Assembly (NCBI RefSeq): GCF_009914755.1
Contig: NC_060928.1
Strand: one strand, 5' to 3'
From: the human T2T-CHM13v2.0 reference genome, Homo sapiens
Length of the DNA stretch: 64,000 nucleotides
The notes beneath the pieces were generated by a model that did not search any database, was not told the origin of the DNA, and was given only the letters and a program-made list of their open reading frames with translations. Made by a program: the position numbers and the translations under genes. Positions 21,550 to 36,323 of this stretch are shown one piece after another. Position 1 is the stretch's first letter; every line of letters starts with the position of its first letter.

Positions 21550-21824
21550 TTACATTTTTAATGTATCTTTCTTATCTTATTACACTGGCTAAGGTGTCCA
21601 CTATAATATTAGATAGAAATGGTGAAAGGAGGCAATCTTACCTTGTTCCCAGTCTCTAAGGGAAATCATTTAGCTTTTCACTATTAAATATGATGTTAGC
21701 TGAGTTTTCCATAGATGCTCTTTATCAATTTACCAATGAATGCATGTTGAATTATGAAAAAAATATGCATCTACTAAAACAATCTTTTTTTTTCTTTTTC
21801 AGTGTGTTAACATAATAAGGTAAG
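21550..21824 (-). mobile_element. Old L1M ORF2 fragment (host of C and D)
   Basis: Degenerate RT-region sequence that continues after D's right TSD at 31258. Confidence 0.75.
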
Positions 21825-24800
21825 GGCAGTTCCAAGATGGCCAAATAGGAACAGCTCCAGTCTACAGCTCCCAGCATGAGTGATGCAGAAGATGGGTGAT
21901 TTCTGCATTTCCAACTAAGGTACTGGGTTCATCTCAATGGGGCTTGTCAGACAGTGGGTGCAGAACAGTTGGTGCAGTGCACCAAGCATGAGCTGAAACA
22001 TGGTGAGGCATCACCTCACCCAGGAAGCACAAGGGATCAGGGAATTCCCTTTCATAGCCAAGCAAAGCTGTGACAGATGGCACCTGGAAAATTGGGTCAC
22101 TCCCACCCTAATATTGTGCTTTTCCAATGGTCTTAGCAAATGGCACACCAGGAGATTATATCCCGCGCATGACTGGGAGGCTCCCATGCCCATGGAGCCT
22201 CGCTCATTGCTAGCACAGCAGTCTCAGATTGAACTGCAAGGTGGCAGCAAGGCTGGGGGAGGGGCACCCGCCATTGCTGAGGCTTGAGTAGGTAAACAAA
22301 GTGTCCAGGAAGCTCAAACTGGGTGGAGCACACCACAGATCGAGGAGGCATGCCCACCTCTGTAGACTCCACTGGTTGAGGCAGGGCATAGCCGAACAAA
22401 AGGCAGCAGAAACCTCTGCAGACTTAAATGTCCCTGTCTGACAGCTTTGAAGGGAGTAGTGGTTCTCTCAGCACGGAGTTTGACATCTGAAAATGGACAG
22501 ACTGCTTCCTCAAGTGGGTCCCTGACACCCAAGTAGCCTATCTGGGAGGCACCCCCCAGTAGGGGCAGACTGACACCTCACACAGCTGGTGGAGGTTTCT
22601 GAGATGAAATCTCCAGAGGAACGATCAGACAGTAACATTTGCTGTTTAGCAAATTCACTGTTCTGCAGCCTCTGCTGCTGATACCCAGGCAAACAGGGTC
22701 TGGAGTGGACCTCCAGCAAGCTCCAACAGACCTGCAGCTGAGGGTCCTGACTGTTAAAAGGAAAATTAACAAACAGAAAGGACATCCACACCAAAACCCC
22801 ATCTGTACATCACCATCATCAAAGACCAAAGGTAGATAAAACCACAAAGATGGGGATAAAACAGAACAGGAAAACTGAAAATTCTAAAAATCAGAGCACC
22901 TCTCTTCCTCCAAATGAATGCAGCTCCTCACAAGCAATGGAACAAAGCTGGGTGGAGAATGACTTTGATGAGCTGAGACAAGAAGGCTTCAGGCGATCAA
23001 ACTTCTCCGAGCCAAAGGAGGAAGTTTGAACCTATCACAAAGAAATTAAAAACCTTGAAAAAAGATTAGACAAATGGCTAACTAAAATAACCAGTGCAGA
23101 GAAGTCCTTAAAGGACCTGATGGAGCTGAAAACCATGGCACGAGAACCACGTGATGAATGCACAAGCTTCAGTAGCCGATTCGATCAACTGGAAGAAAGG
23201 GTATCAGTGATGGAAGATCAAATGAAAGAAATGAAGCAAGAAGAGAAGTTTAGAGAAAAAAGAATAAAAACATATGAACAAAGCCTCCATGAAATATGGG
23301 ACTAGTTGAAAAGACCAAATCTACATCTGATTGGCAAACCTGAAGGTAATGGGGAGAATGGAACCAAATCGGAAAACACTCTGGAGGATATTATCCAGGG
23401 GAACTTCTCCAATCTAGCAAGGCAGGCCAACATTCAAATTCAGTAGATACAGAGAACGCCCCAAAGATACTCCTCAAGAAGAGCAACTCTAAGATACATA
23501 ATTGTCAGATTCACCAAAGTTGAAATGAAGGAAAAAATGTTAAGGGCAGCCAGAGGGCTGCCCACAAAGGGAACTTCATCAGACTAACAGCGGATCTCTT
23601 GGCAGAAATTCTACAAGCCAGAAGAGAGTGAGAGCCAATATTCAACATTCTTAAAGAAAAGAAATTCATCCCAGAATTTCATATCCAGCCAAACTAAGTT
23701 TCATAAGTGAAGGAGAAATAAAATCCTTTATAGACAAGCAAATGCTGAGAGATTTTGTCACCAGCAGGCCCGCCCTAAAAGAGCTCCTGAAGGAAGCACT
23801 AAACATGGAAAGGAGCAACCAGTACCAGCCACTGCAAAAACATGCCAAATTGTAAAGACCATTGAGGCTAGGAAGAAACTGCATCAACGAACAAGCAAAA
23901 TAACCAGCTAACATCATAGTGATGTTATGATGTTCACTACAAATTCACACATAACAATATTAACCTTAAATGTAAAGGGGCTAAATGCTGCAATTAAAAG
24001 ACCCAGACTGACAAATTGGATAGTCAAGACCCATCAGTATTCTGTATTCAGGAAACCCATCTCACGTGCAGAGACACACATAGGCTCAAAATAAAGGGAT
24101 AGAGGAAGATCTACCAAGCAAACGGAAAACAAAAAAAAGCAGGGGTTGCAATCCTAGGCTCTGATAAAACAGACTTTAAACCAACAAAGATCAAAAGAGA
24201 CAAAGAAGGCCATTATATAATGGTAAAGAGATCAATTCAACAAGAAGAGCTAACTATCCTAAATATATATGCACCCAATACAGGAGCACCCAGATTCATA
24301 AAGCAAGTCCTTAGAAACCTACAAAGATACTTAGACACCCACACAATAATAATGGGAGACTTCAACACCCCATTGTCAACATTAGACAAATCAATGAGAC
24401 AGAAAGTTAACAAGAATATCCAGGAATTGAATTCAGCTCTGCACCAAGCGGACCTAATAGACATCTACAGAACTCTCCACCCCAAATCAACAGAATATAC
24501 ATTTTTTTTTTCAGCACAACGCTGCACCTATTCCAAAATTGACCACATACTTGGAAGTAAAGCACACCTCAGCAAATGTAAAAGAACAGAAATTATAACA
24601 AACTGTCTCTCAGACCACAGTGCCATCAAACTAGAACTCAGGATTAAGAAACTCACTCAAAACCACTCAACTACATGGAAACTGAACAACCTGCTCCTGA
24701 ATGACTACTGGGTACATAATGAAATGAAGACAGAAATAAAGATGTTCTTGAAACCAATGAGAACAAAGACACAACATACCAGAATCTCTGGGACACATTT

Positions 24801-25727
24801 AAAGCAGTGTGTAGAGGGAAATTTATAGCACTAAATGCCCACAAGAGAAAGCGGGAAAGATCTAAAATTAACACCCTAACATCACAATTAAAAGAACTAG
24901 AGAAGCAAGAGCAAACACATACAAAAGCTAGCAGAAAGCCAGAAATAACTAAGATCAGAGCAGAACTGAAGGAAATAGAGACACAAAAACCCTTCAAAAA
25001 ATCAATGAATCCAGGAGCTGCTTTTTTTTGAAAAGATCAACAAAATTTGATGGACCACTAGCAAGACAAATAAAGAAGAAAACAGAGAAGAATCAAATAG
25101 ATGCAATAAAAAATGATAAAGGGGATATCACCACCGATCTCACAGAAATACAAACTACCATCAGAGAATATTATAAACATCTCTATGAAAATAAACTAGA
25201 AAATCTAGAAGAAATGGATAAATTCCTGGACATATACACCCTCCCAAGACTAAACCATAAAGAAGTTGAATCTCTGAATAGACCAATAACAGGCTCTGAA
25301 ATTGTGGCAATAATTAATAGCTTACCAATCAAAAAAGGTCCAGAACCAGATGGATTCACAGCTGAATTCTACCAGAAGTACAAGGAGGAGCTGGCACCAT
25401 TCCTTCTGAAACTATTCCAATCAATAGAAAAAGAGGGAATCCTCCTTAACTCATTTTATGAGGCCAGCATCATTGTGATACCAAAGCCTGGCAGAGACAC
25501 AACCAAAAAAGACAATTTTAGACCAATGTCCCTGATGAACATCGACGCAAAAATCCTCAATAAAATACTGGCAAACCAAATCCAGCAGCACATCTAAAAG
25601 CTTGTCCACCATGATCAAGTGGCCTTCATCCCTGGGATGCAAGGCTGGTTCAATATACACAAATCAATAAACATAATCCAGCATATAAACAGAACCAAAG
25701 ACAAAAACCACATGATTATCTCAATAG

Positions 25728-26075
<348 letters not shown>

Positions 26076-26078
26076 TAA

Positions 26079-26516
<438 letters not shown>

Positions 26517-26519
26517 TGA

Positions 26520-26678
<159 letters not shown>

Positions 26679-26953
26679 TGACAAACCTGACAAAAACAAG
26701 AAACAGGGAAAGGATTCCCTATTTAATAAATGGTGCTGGGAAAACTGGCTAGCCATATGTAGAAAGCTGAAACTGGATCCTTTCCTTGCACCTTATACAA
26801 AAATTAATGCAAGATGGATTAAAGACTTAAATGTTAGACCTATAACCATAAAAACCCTAGAAGAGAACCTAGGCAATACCATTCAGGACACAGGCATGGG
26901 CAAGGACTTCATGTCTAAAACACCAAAAGCAATGGCAACAAAAGCCAAAATTG

Positions 26954-29513
26954 GCTCTCCCTCTCCCTCTCCCTTTCCCTCTCCCTCTCCCTCTCCCCAC
27001 GGTCTCCCTCTCATGCGGAGCCGAAGCTGGACTGTACTGCTGCCATCTCGGCTCACTGCAACCTCCCTGCCTGATTCTCCTGCCTCAGCCTGCCGAGTGC
27101 CTGCGATTGCAGGCATGCGCCACCACACCTGACTGGTTTTGGTGGAGACGGGGTTTCGCTGTGTTGGCCGGGCCGGTCTCCAGCCCCTAACCGCGAGTGA
27201 TCCGCCAACCTCGGCCTCCCGAGGTGCCGGGATTGCAGACGGAGTCTCGTTCACTCAGTGCTCAATGGTGCCCAGGCTGGAGTGCAGTGGCGTGATCTCG
27301 GCTCACTACAACCTACACCTCCCAGCCGCCTGCCTTGGCCTCCCAAAGTGCCGAGATTGCAGCCTCTGCCCGGCCGCCACCCTGTCTGGGAAGTGAGGAG
27401 TGTCTCTGCCTGGCCGCCCATTGTCTGGGATGTGAGGAGCCCCTCTGCCTGGCTGCCCAGTCTGGAAAGTGAGGAGTGTCTCCGCCCAGCTGCCATCCCA
27501 TCTAGGAAGTGAGGAGCACCTCTTCCCAGCCGCCATCACATCTAGGAAGTGAGGAGCGTCTCTGCCCGGCCGCCCATCGTCTGAGATGTGGGGAGCGCCT
27601 CTGCCCCGCCGCCCCATCTGGGATGTGAGGAGCGCCTCTGCCCGGCCGAGACCCCGTCTGGGAGGTGACGAGCGTCTCTGCCCGGCCGCCCCGTCTGAGA
27701 AGTGAGGAGACCCTCTGCCTGGCAACCACCCCGTCTGAGAAGTGAGGAGCCCCTCCGCCCGGCAGCTGCCCCGTCTGAGAAGTGAGGAGCCTCTCCGCCC
27801 GGCAGCCACCCCATCTGGGAAGTGAGGAGCGTCTCCGCCCGGCAGCCACCCCGTCCGGGAGGGAGGTGGGGGGGGTCAGCCCCCCGCCCGGCCAGCCGCC
27901 CCATCCGGGAGGGAGGTGGGGGTCAGCCCCCCCGCCCGGCCAGCCGTGCCATCCGGGGGGGGGCGTCAGCCCCCCGCCTGGCCAGCCGTGCCGTCCGGGA
28001 GGTGAGGGGCGCCTCTGCCCGGCCGCCCCTACTGGGAAGTGAGGAGCCCCTCAGCCCGGCCAGCCACCCCGTCCGGGAGGGAGATGGGGGGGTCAGCCCC
28101 CCCACCCGGCCAGCCGCCCCGTCCGGGAGGGAGGTGGGGGGGTCAGCCCCCCGCCCGGCCAACCGCCCTGTCTGGGAGGGAGGTGGGGGGGTCAGCCCTC
28201 TGCCCGGCCAGCCGCCCCGTCTGGGAGGTGAGGGGCGCCTCTGCCCGGCCTCCCCTACTGGGAAGTGAGGAGCCCCTCTGCCCGGCCAGCCGCCCCGTCC
28301 GGGAGGGAGGTGGGGGAGTCGGCCCCCCACCCGGCCAGCCGCCCCGTCCGGGAGGGAGGTGGGGGGGTCGGCCCCCCGCCTGGCCAGCAACCCCGCCCGG
28401 GAGGAAGGTGGGGGTGTCGGCCCCCCGCCCGGCCAGCCGCTCCGTCCAGGAGGGAGGTGGGGGGGTCAGCCCCCCGCCCGGCCAGCCGCCCCGTCCGGGA
28501 GGGTGGTGGGGGGGGTCAGCCCCCCCGCCCGGCCAGCCGCCCCATCCGGGAGGTGAGGGGCGCCTCTGCCCGGCCGCCCCTACTGGGAAGTGAGGAGCCC
28601 CTCTGTCCGGCCAGCCGCCCCGTCCGGGAGGGAGGTGGGGGCGTCAGCCCCCTGCCCGGCCAGCCGCCCCGTCCGGGAGGGAGGTGGGGGGGTCAGCCCC
28701 CCAGCCCGGCCAGCCGCCCCGTCCGGGAGGTGAGGGGCGCCTCTGCCCGGCCGCCCCTACTGGGAAGTGAGGAGCCCCTCTGCCCGGCCAGCCGCCCCGT
28801 CCGGGAGGGAGGTGGGGGGGTCAGCCCCCCGTCCGGCCAGCCGCCCCGTCCAGGAGGGAGGTGGGGGGGGTCAGCCCCCCTGCCCGGCCAGCCGCCCCAT
28901 CCGGGAGGTGAGGGGCGCCTCTGCCCGGCCGCCCCTACTGGGAAGTGAGGAGCCCCTCTGCCCGGCCACCACCCCGTCTGGGAGGTGTGCCCAACAGCTC
29001 ATTGAGAACGGGCCAGGATGACAATGGCGGCTTTGTGGAATAGAAAGGCGGGAAAGGTGGGGAAAAGATCGAGAAATCGGATGGTTGCCATGTCTGTGTA
29101 GAAAGAAGTAGACATGGGAGACTTTTCATTTTGTTCTGCACTAAGAAAAATTCCTCTGCCTTGGGATCCTGTTGATCTGTGACCTTACCCCCAACCCTGT
29201 GCTCTCTGAAACATGTGCTGTGTCCACTCAGGGTTAAAATGATTAAGGGCGGTGCAAGATGTGCTTTGTTAAACAGATGCTTGAAGGCAGCATGCTCGTT
29301 AAGAGTCATCACCAATCCCTAATCTCAAGTAATCAGGGACACAAACACTGCGGAAGGCCACAGGGTCCTCTGCCTAGGAAAACCAGAGACCTTTGTTCAC
29401 TTGTTTATCTGCTGACCTTCCCTCCACTATTGTCCCATGACCCTGCCAAATCCCCCTCTGTGAGAAACACCCAAGAATTATCAATAAAAAAATAAATTAA
29501 AAAAAAAAAAAAA
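26954..29513 (+). mobile_element. Full-length SVA (SVA_F-like)
   Basis: (CCCTCT)n head, antisense Alu-like domain, GC-rich VNTR about 27360-28985, SINE-R, AATAAA and poly(A); motifs CTCATGCGGAGCC, GACTGGTTTTGGTGGAG and CCAAGAATTATCAATAAA recalled as SVA_F-like; TSD AAAAGCCAAAATTG at 26940-26953 and 30033-30046. Confidence 0.95.
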
Positions 29514-30411
<898 letters not shown>

Positions 30412-31056
30412 TAGAGAGGATATGGAGAAATAGGAACACTTTTACACTGTTGGTGGGACTGTAAACTAGTTCAACCACTGTGGAAGTCAGTGTGGCAATC
30501 CCTCAGGGATCTAGAACTAGAAATACCATTTGACCCAGCCTTCCCATTACTGGGTATATACCCAAAGGAAAATAAATCATGCTGCTATGAAGACACATGC
30601 ACACGTATGTTTATTGTGGCACTACTAACAATAGCAAAGACTTGGAACCAACCCAAATGTCAAACAATGATAGACTGGATTAAGAAAATGTGGCACATAT
30701 ACACCATGGAATACTATGCAGGCGTAAAAAAGGATGAGTTCATGTCCTTTGTAGGGACATGGATGAAGCTGAAAACCATCATTCTCAGCAAACTATCACA
30801 AGGACAAAAAACCAGACACCACATGTTCTCACTCATAGGTGGGAATTGAACAATGAGAACACTTGGACACAGGAAGGGGAACATCGCACATCAGGGCCTG
30901 TTGTAGGGGGGGTAGAGGGGAGAGATGGCATTCGGAGATATACCTAATGTAAATGATGAGTCAATGGGTGTAGCACACCGACATGGCACATATATACATA
31001 CGTAACAAACCTACACATTATGCACATGTACCCTAGAACTTAAAGTATAATAAAAA

Positions 31057-31241
31057 TATATGTATATATATTTTAAAAACCCATCAAACATCAGAGAGTT
31101 TTTTTTCTAAATGCTGCAGAATTAAAGTCATGTATTAATGCATTTTACTGATGATTCCCAAGGACCTACAACTATACCAGACATACAGTAGGTGCTCAAA
31201 AATATTTATCAAACAAACTAATGAATGATTTCTGAAAATAA
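31057..31241 (+). other. L1 D 3' transduced sequence including an L2 3'-end fragment
   Basis: Non-L1 DNA between D's tail and its right TSD; CATACAGTAGGTGCTCAAAAATATTT...AATGAATGA resembles an L2 3' end. Confidence 0.8.
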
Positions 31242-31257
31242 AACATAATAAGGTAAG

Positions 31258-33825
31258 TTACATTGATTGATTTTAGAATGTTGAACCAGCCTTACATTTC
31301 TGGGATAACCCTCTTCCCTTTGGTAGTAATATACTTTTAATATATAGCTGGATTTGCACCATTAATATTTTACTGGAGGTTTTTGTGCCTGTGTTGCTAT
31401 GTTTATGAGGGTTATTGAAATGTTCCATTGATGTATTTTTCTATTCTTTCACCAATATCATACTCTCTTGACTACTGTGGCTTTACAGGAAGTCTTAAAA
31501 TCAGGTATTTTGCATCCTCCAACATTTTTCTTCTCTTTAAAAAATTATTTTAGCTATTCTAATTACTTTATGTTTCATATAAACACTCCTCTTCCTTTTC
31601 TTCCTCCTTCTTTTTATTCTTCTATTCTATTTCCCTAATTTTGCATGCAAGTTATGTTGGTCTTGTAAGATGAGTAGAGATCATGTAAAACTGGCATTAT
31701 TTCCTCCTTATGTATTTGGTAGAACTCACAAGTAAAGACACTTAGGTTTGAAATTCTCCCTGCTGGAAGGTTTTTAACTATAAATTCTGTTTCTTGGATA
31801 CGGATAAAAGTACTCAAGTTTTCCATTTCTTTTTGTATAAACTTTAGCAACTTGTGTATTTCAAATAATTGGTCTATTTAATCTAAAGTCTTAAATTTAT
31901 CAGCATAGTTGTTTATTGTATTCCCTTGTTGTATTTTTAATGTCTGTGGCATCTATTGAGATATCTCCTTTTTTGTTTCTGATACCTGTAATTCTTGTGT
32001 TTTTTTTTTTTTCCTCTCTCTCTCTCTCACCTCATTCCGGATATTACTGGTCTTTTCAATGAACAAGCTTTCGGTTTTGATTATTTTTTCCATTATTTTT
32101 CTGTTTTAAATTTCATTGATTTCTGCTCTTTATTGCTTCCTTCTTTCTACATACTTTGGGTTTAACTCTTTCTAGCTTCTTAAGGTATAATACTATATTT
32201 TGATTTCAGACCTTCTTGTCTAATATGAGCATTTAATGTTCCATATTTTCCTATAAGCATTGCCTTGGTTGCATCCCACAAATTTTGGTATGTTCAAAAT
32301 GTTTTAAAATTTTCCTTGGATAATTTTTATTTATCTATTTTCACGTTTCTCATCTCCTCTGGTATCTCCATTCCGCTATTCAATAATTCCAGGGAACTTT
32401 TTTTTCAGTTGTTGTAATTTGAGGTCTAAAATCCTCATTTGGTTATTTCTTTTAGTTTTTGCTTATTTGCTGAAAACTTGTATCTTTCCCTTCATTTCAA
32501 GAGTATGTGCCCTTACTTCATGGAACATAGCTATTATAATTGCTTTAAAGTCTTTGTCTGATAATTCCAACATCTGGATCATCTGGGGTTGCAATCTGTT
32601 GATTCTTACTTTCTTGTGAGAATTACTGAGATTTTTCTGGTTCTTTGTATGTTGAGTAATTTCAGATTATATCCTAGACATTTTAAATTTTGTTTTGAGT
32701 CTCTGACTCTAGTTTAAATGCTCTGGAAAATGTCTATTTTTATTTTTGTAATCAATCTGATTAGGTTGGAGTGCAAGTTCTCATCCACCTTTTGCATGTT
32801 TCTGTTTCAATGTCAGTTTTTATTTTTCAAAACATTTGCTTTGATATTTGGGTCTGCACCATGGGAGCACCACCCAGGTATAGGATATAGGAGGCATTCT
32901 ACACGTAGTTCAGTTCTCCAAGCCTTTGCTGTGCTGCTTCAGATCTGTTTTATGCATGTGCAACTCAGTGGTGAGTTTAAGATTTGATACACAGATTCAA
33001 GGGATTTCTTTGTCAATTCCTTTCTTTCTGTGATATTTCCCCCACACTTTCCAGAACCCAGAGTCCCTTTTCCCAGTACTATAACTTAAAAACTGGGTTT
33101 TTATCCTCCCTGCACTGTTACACACATCAAGGACTGAGTTCACCTTAAGGGCAGGGCAACAAGACCACAGGGTCCACTGATCGGAGAAAAAGTCTTTCAG
33201 AGAGTTAGGTGCCTTTACGGCCTCGGCCGCTACTGCAGAAGTCAGCTTCATGACTGGGGCTTGCCTCAAAGCAGGACTCAGAGAATAAAAAGAGAGAAAA
33301 TGAAGAGAGGAGGTATTTCTACTGAACAATTTGTCCTGTAAGAAACCCACTTCCTGCTTTATTTCCTCTGTCCAAAAAGTAAGCGTTTTTCTTGGAGCTT
33401 TTTCTATTCACAACTGCTGCAGACTTCCAGCATTCAGGCTGCTCTTGAGTATAAACCGGAAGATATGGCAGAGTTTTTTTAAAGGTGGGGGAGCAGGAGG
33501 GGTGGGCGGTGGGCATGGTGGCTCATGCCTGAAATCCCAGCACTTTGGGATGTTGAGGTGGGAGGATTGCTTGAAGTTCGAAAACAGCTTCGGTAACAAA
33601 GTGAGACCCTCATCTCTACTTTTTTAAAATAAAAATTAAAATTAAAATAATGGGAAACTTGCTCCTGTATCAGTCATGATCTTCAAGCTTTTATTTCCCT
33701 CCTCAATATGCCTACTATTACTCTTCAAAGTTCTCAGATAGTTGCTTTATATATTCTGTCTAGTTTTTAGTTGTAATCAAAGAGATTGGCAGACTGTGCT
33801 TAATCTATCACAAGCGCTCAGAATT
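31258..33825 (-). mobile_element. Old L1M remnant (ORF2 pieces to a 5' region), fragmented
   Basis: Degenerate ORF2 peptide in minus ORF 31635-31850; continuous with 21550-21824; boundaries approximate. Confidence 0.6.
33510..33650 (+). mobile_element. Alu monomer (FLAM/AluJ-like)
   Basis: GGGCATGGTGGCTCATGCCTGAAATCCCAGCACTTTGGGA...GTGAGACCCTCATCTCTAC with AT-rich tail. Confidence 0.8.
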
Positions 33826-34044
33826 AATTTTGTCTACTTTCATTTTATTCACCAACTTTAGAATCTAAATCTTAAGATTTTTACTCTCTTTGTTTTCTGA
33901 ATCTCTTGCCATAGCAACTTTGATCAAAGTGTCTTCAGATTTTGGAAGTTGCCCTTGCTCATATGAAAGCACTTAAAGCTGTAAAGGGACTCACAAATTA
34001 TAGGAACATTGTGTCATGTTACCTGTGTTTGATTTGGTGTGAGA

Positions 34045-34250
34045 AGAACTTGGGTCAGGTCCAGTTCTGCCCTTATCAGCTAGAAGATCTTGAGTAAGTT
34101 ATCAAACCCCTCTGAACTGCAGTTTCCCCATCTTTAAAATAAAGATCATCATACAAAACTCACAGGTTTGTTGTAAGAATTAAATCAGACATTAGGGGTG
34201 CTAAGTCTGCCTATACGAGGTACTCAATAAATAGTAACTATTTTTATCAT
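34045..34250 (+). mobile_element. MIR
   Basis: Core CTTGAGTAAGTTA...CTCTGAACTGCAGTTTCCCCATCTTTAAAAT and 3' CTCAATAAATAGTAACTATT. Confidence 0.75.
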
Positions 34251-34439
34251 TAGGAACAGTTTGTATTGCTGATGTTTATTTGATCAATTTTGGTCAAAGG
34301 ATACTTTGCTTTATAGCCTTGTTTCAGTGTTATGGTAACAGTAATCATTAGACCTCGATCAAGATAATTGCAAACTATGGATGAGATCAGTCAGAAGTAT
34401 CTCAGTAATGAATATCCATAGGGGATTTCTTTGCTTGTA

Positions 34440-34759
34440 CAGTAGCACCCTTCATCCTTCGTTTCACCTTCTTTGGTTTCAGTTACCTGTGGTCAACCAC
34501 ATTCTGAAAATATTACATACAGTAAGACATTTTGAGAGAGAGACTATAGTCACATATTATAGTATATTATTATAATTATCCTATTTTATTTTTAGTTATT
34601 GTTGTTAATCTCTTACTATGCCCATTATAAATTAAACATCATCATAGGTATATATGTATAGGAAAAAAACATGGTATATATAGGGTTCTGCACTATCTAC
34701 AGTTTCAGGCATTCAATGGGGATCTTGGAATGTATTCCCCATGGATAAGTGAATACTAT
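34440..34759 (+). mobile_element. MER44-like (Tigger family) non-autonomous DNA transposon
   Basis: TA-CAGTAGCACCC...GGTTTCAGTTACCTGTGGTCAACC and ...GGATAAG...TACTA termini. Confidence 0.75.
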
Positions 34760-35954
34760 TTTTACTCTTGGTAAAAATAGTATATTTTTCGAAGAGGTGC
34801 GATTACAGAAGATGGCAGTGCCCCGATGACCAGAAAAAACCAGCACCTTCTGGAGAAACATTTAGCAGGGATCTGACAATACAGAAAAGAAGAATCGAAG
34901 TGGTTGTAGAAACACAAAGAAGAGTATAAGAGTAGAGTGATATATTCTGTCTTTGGTAGAAAACTTTTCCTCCAGTACCTTTTTTTTGTTAACTGTAGCT
35001 TCAACTCATGTATTTCTTTGTTTCTTGAAATATCCAATTCTCTTCTATTCATCAATCCTCATTATAAATTCAAAACCGTGTCACTGCCTGGAATTTCTTT
35101 GTTGAAATGGAGGTCGCATTTTTAATAATCCAGCTTCCTTGGGGGCCTCTGATTATCTTTTTCCATATGCTAATTAACGGTCATAACTTTTTTTGTTCTT
35201 TTCTGATTTTCTATCACCTTTGTCACATCTGGCAGGTTATAACTTGCTTCAAGATTTGCTTCTTGATTTTTTTCTTCTTGCTAGCTCTCTTGTTTATGAG
35301 CTTATAATGCTTGCCTGGGACTTTTTAATTGCATTCTATTTGAATACAAATGGCTTCTGAACTTTTTATTCTTCACATTTCTGGAATGATAATAAGTAAC
35401 AGAGTCAAATTTAACTAAGGAAGAAGAATATCGAAAGTTTGCTAGAGCAGAACACAGAATAATACAGCAATTCATTAGTTTCAACACCCACACTAGAAAC
35501 CTCACTAGTGATCATTCTTTTCCATTCTGTTGCCATCACTCCTGCATTCACAATGTCTGCTGCTATTTCAAAAGTGCCAAAATACAGTGATGATTTTTTC
35601 CACAGGGCAATGTAGGATGGAAAATGAGCTGGCCATTATTAAAGGGAAAGTATCAGCTATACTGAATATGAAATTCCACATCAACCAATAATCAAGTGTC
35701 TATTAAGTGCCTACTGTATACCTAACAATGAATGAAAATGACATATGTCAAAAGCTCTTTCTTTCTCTATTCCACCTCCTTTGATACTCTCTGGTGGTCT
35801 TTAGTGCTCTCCCTCTATACCCTCCCGTTCCCCTCACTCTAATCAGCAATTTTTATCCCAAATATTCTTTCTTGAAAGACATAAACCTTAAAAGCTTCAC
35901 AGGTTTGACTTAACAGCCCCTCAGATCATGTGGGTGCAAAAAATACTGACAGTC

Positions 35955-36323
35955 TGCTATAGACTGAATGTTTGTGCACCCTTAAAATTCATAGGTTCAT
36001 AGGTTGAATCCTAACCTCCAAGATGATGGTATTAGGAGGTGAAGCCTTTGAAAGGTAATTAGATCATAAAAGTGGAGCCCTCATGAGTGGGATTAGTGCC
36101 CTTACAAAGAAGTGCCAGAGAGCTCCATTGCCCCTTCTCCTATGTGAAGACACGACAAGAAGACAACCATCTTTGAACTAGGAAGTGGCTCCTCACCAAA
36201 TACTGAATCTGCTGACACCTTGATCTAGACCCGTAGCCTCCAGAACTTTAAAAATATATGTTTGTAACTTAAACCACCAAGTCTATGGTATTTTTGTTAT
36301 AGCAGCCCAAATGGACTGAGACA
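35955..36323 (+). mobile_element. MaLR solo LTR (MLT1A-like)
   Basis: TGCTATAGACTGAATGTTTGTG...GCAGCCCAAATGGACTGAGACA; 5-bp TSD CAGTC at 35950-35954 and 36324-36328. Confidence 0.88.

Noticed and set aside
27360-28985. Regularly repeated units that could be mistaken for a CRISPR-like array
   Set aside because: This is the SVA VNTR: tandem variants without unique spacers, in a primate genome.
27139-29315. Many long overlapping Pro/Gly/Arg-rich ORFs
   Set aside because: They come from the stop-poor, GC-rich SVA VNTR and are not genes.
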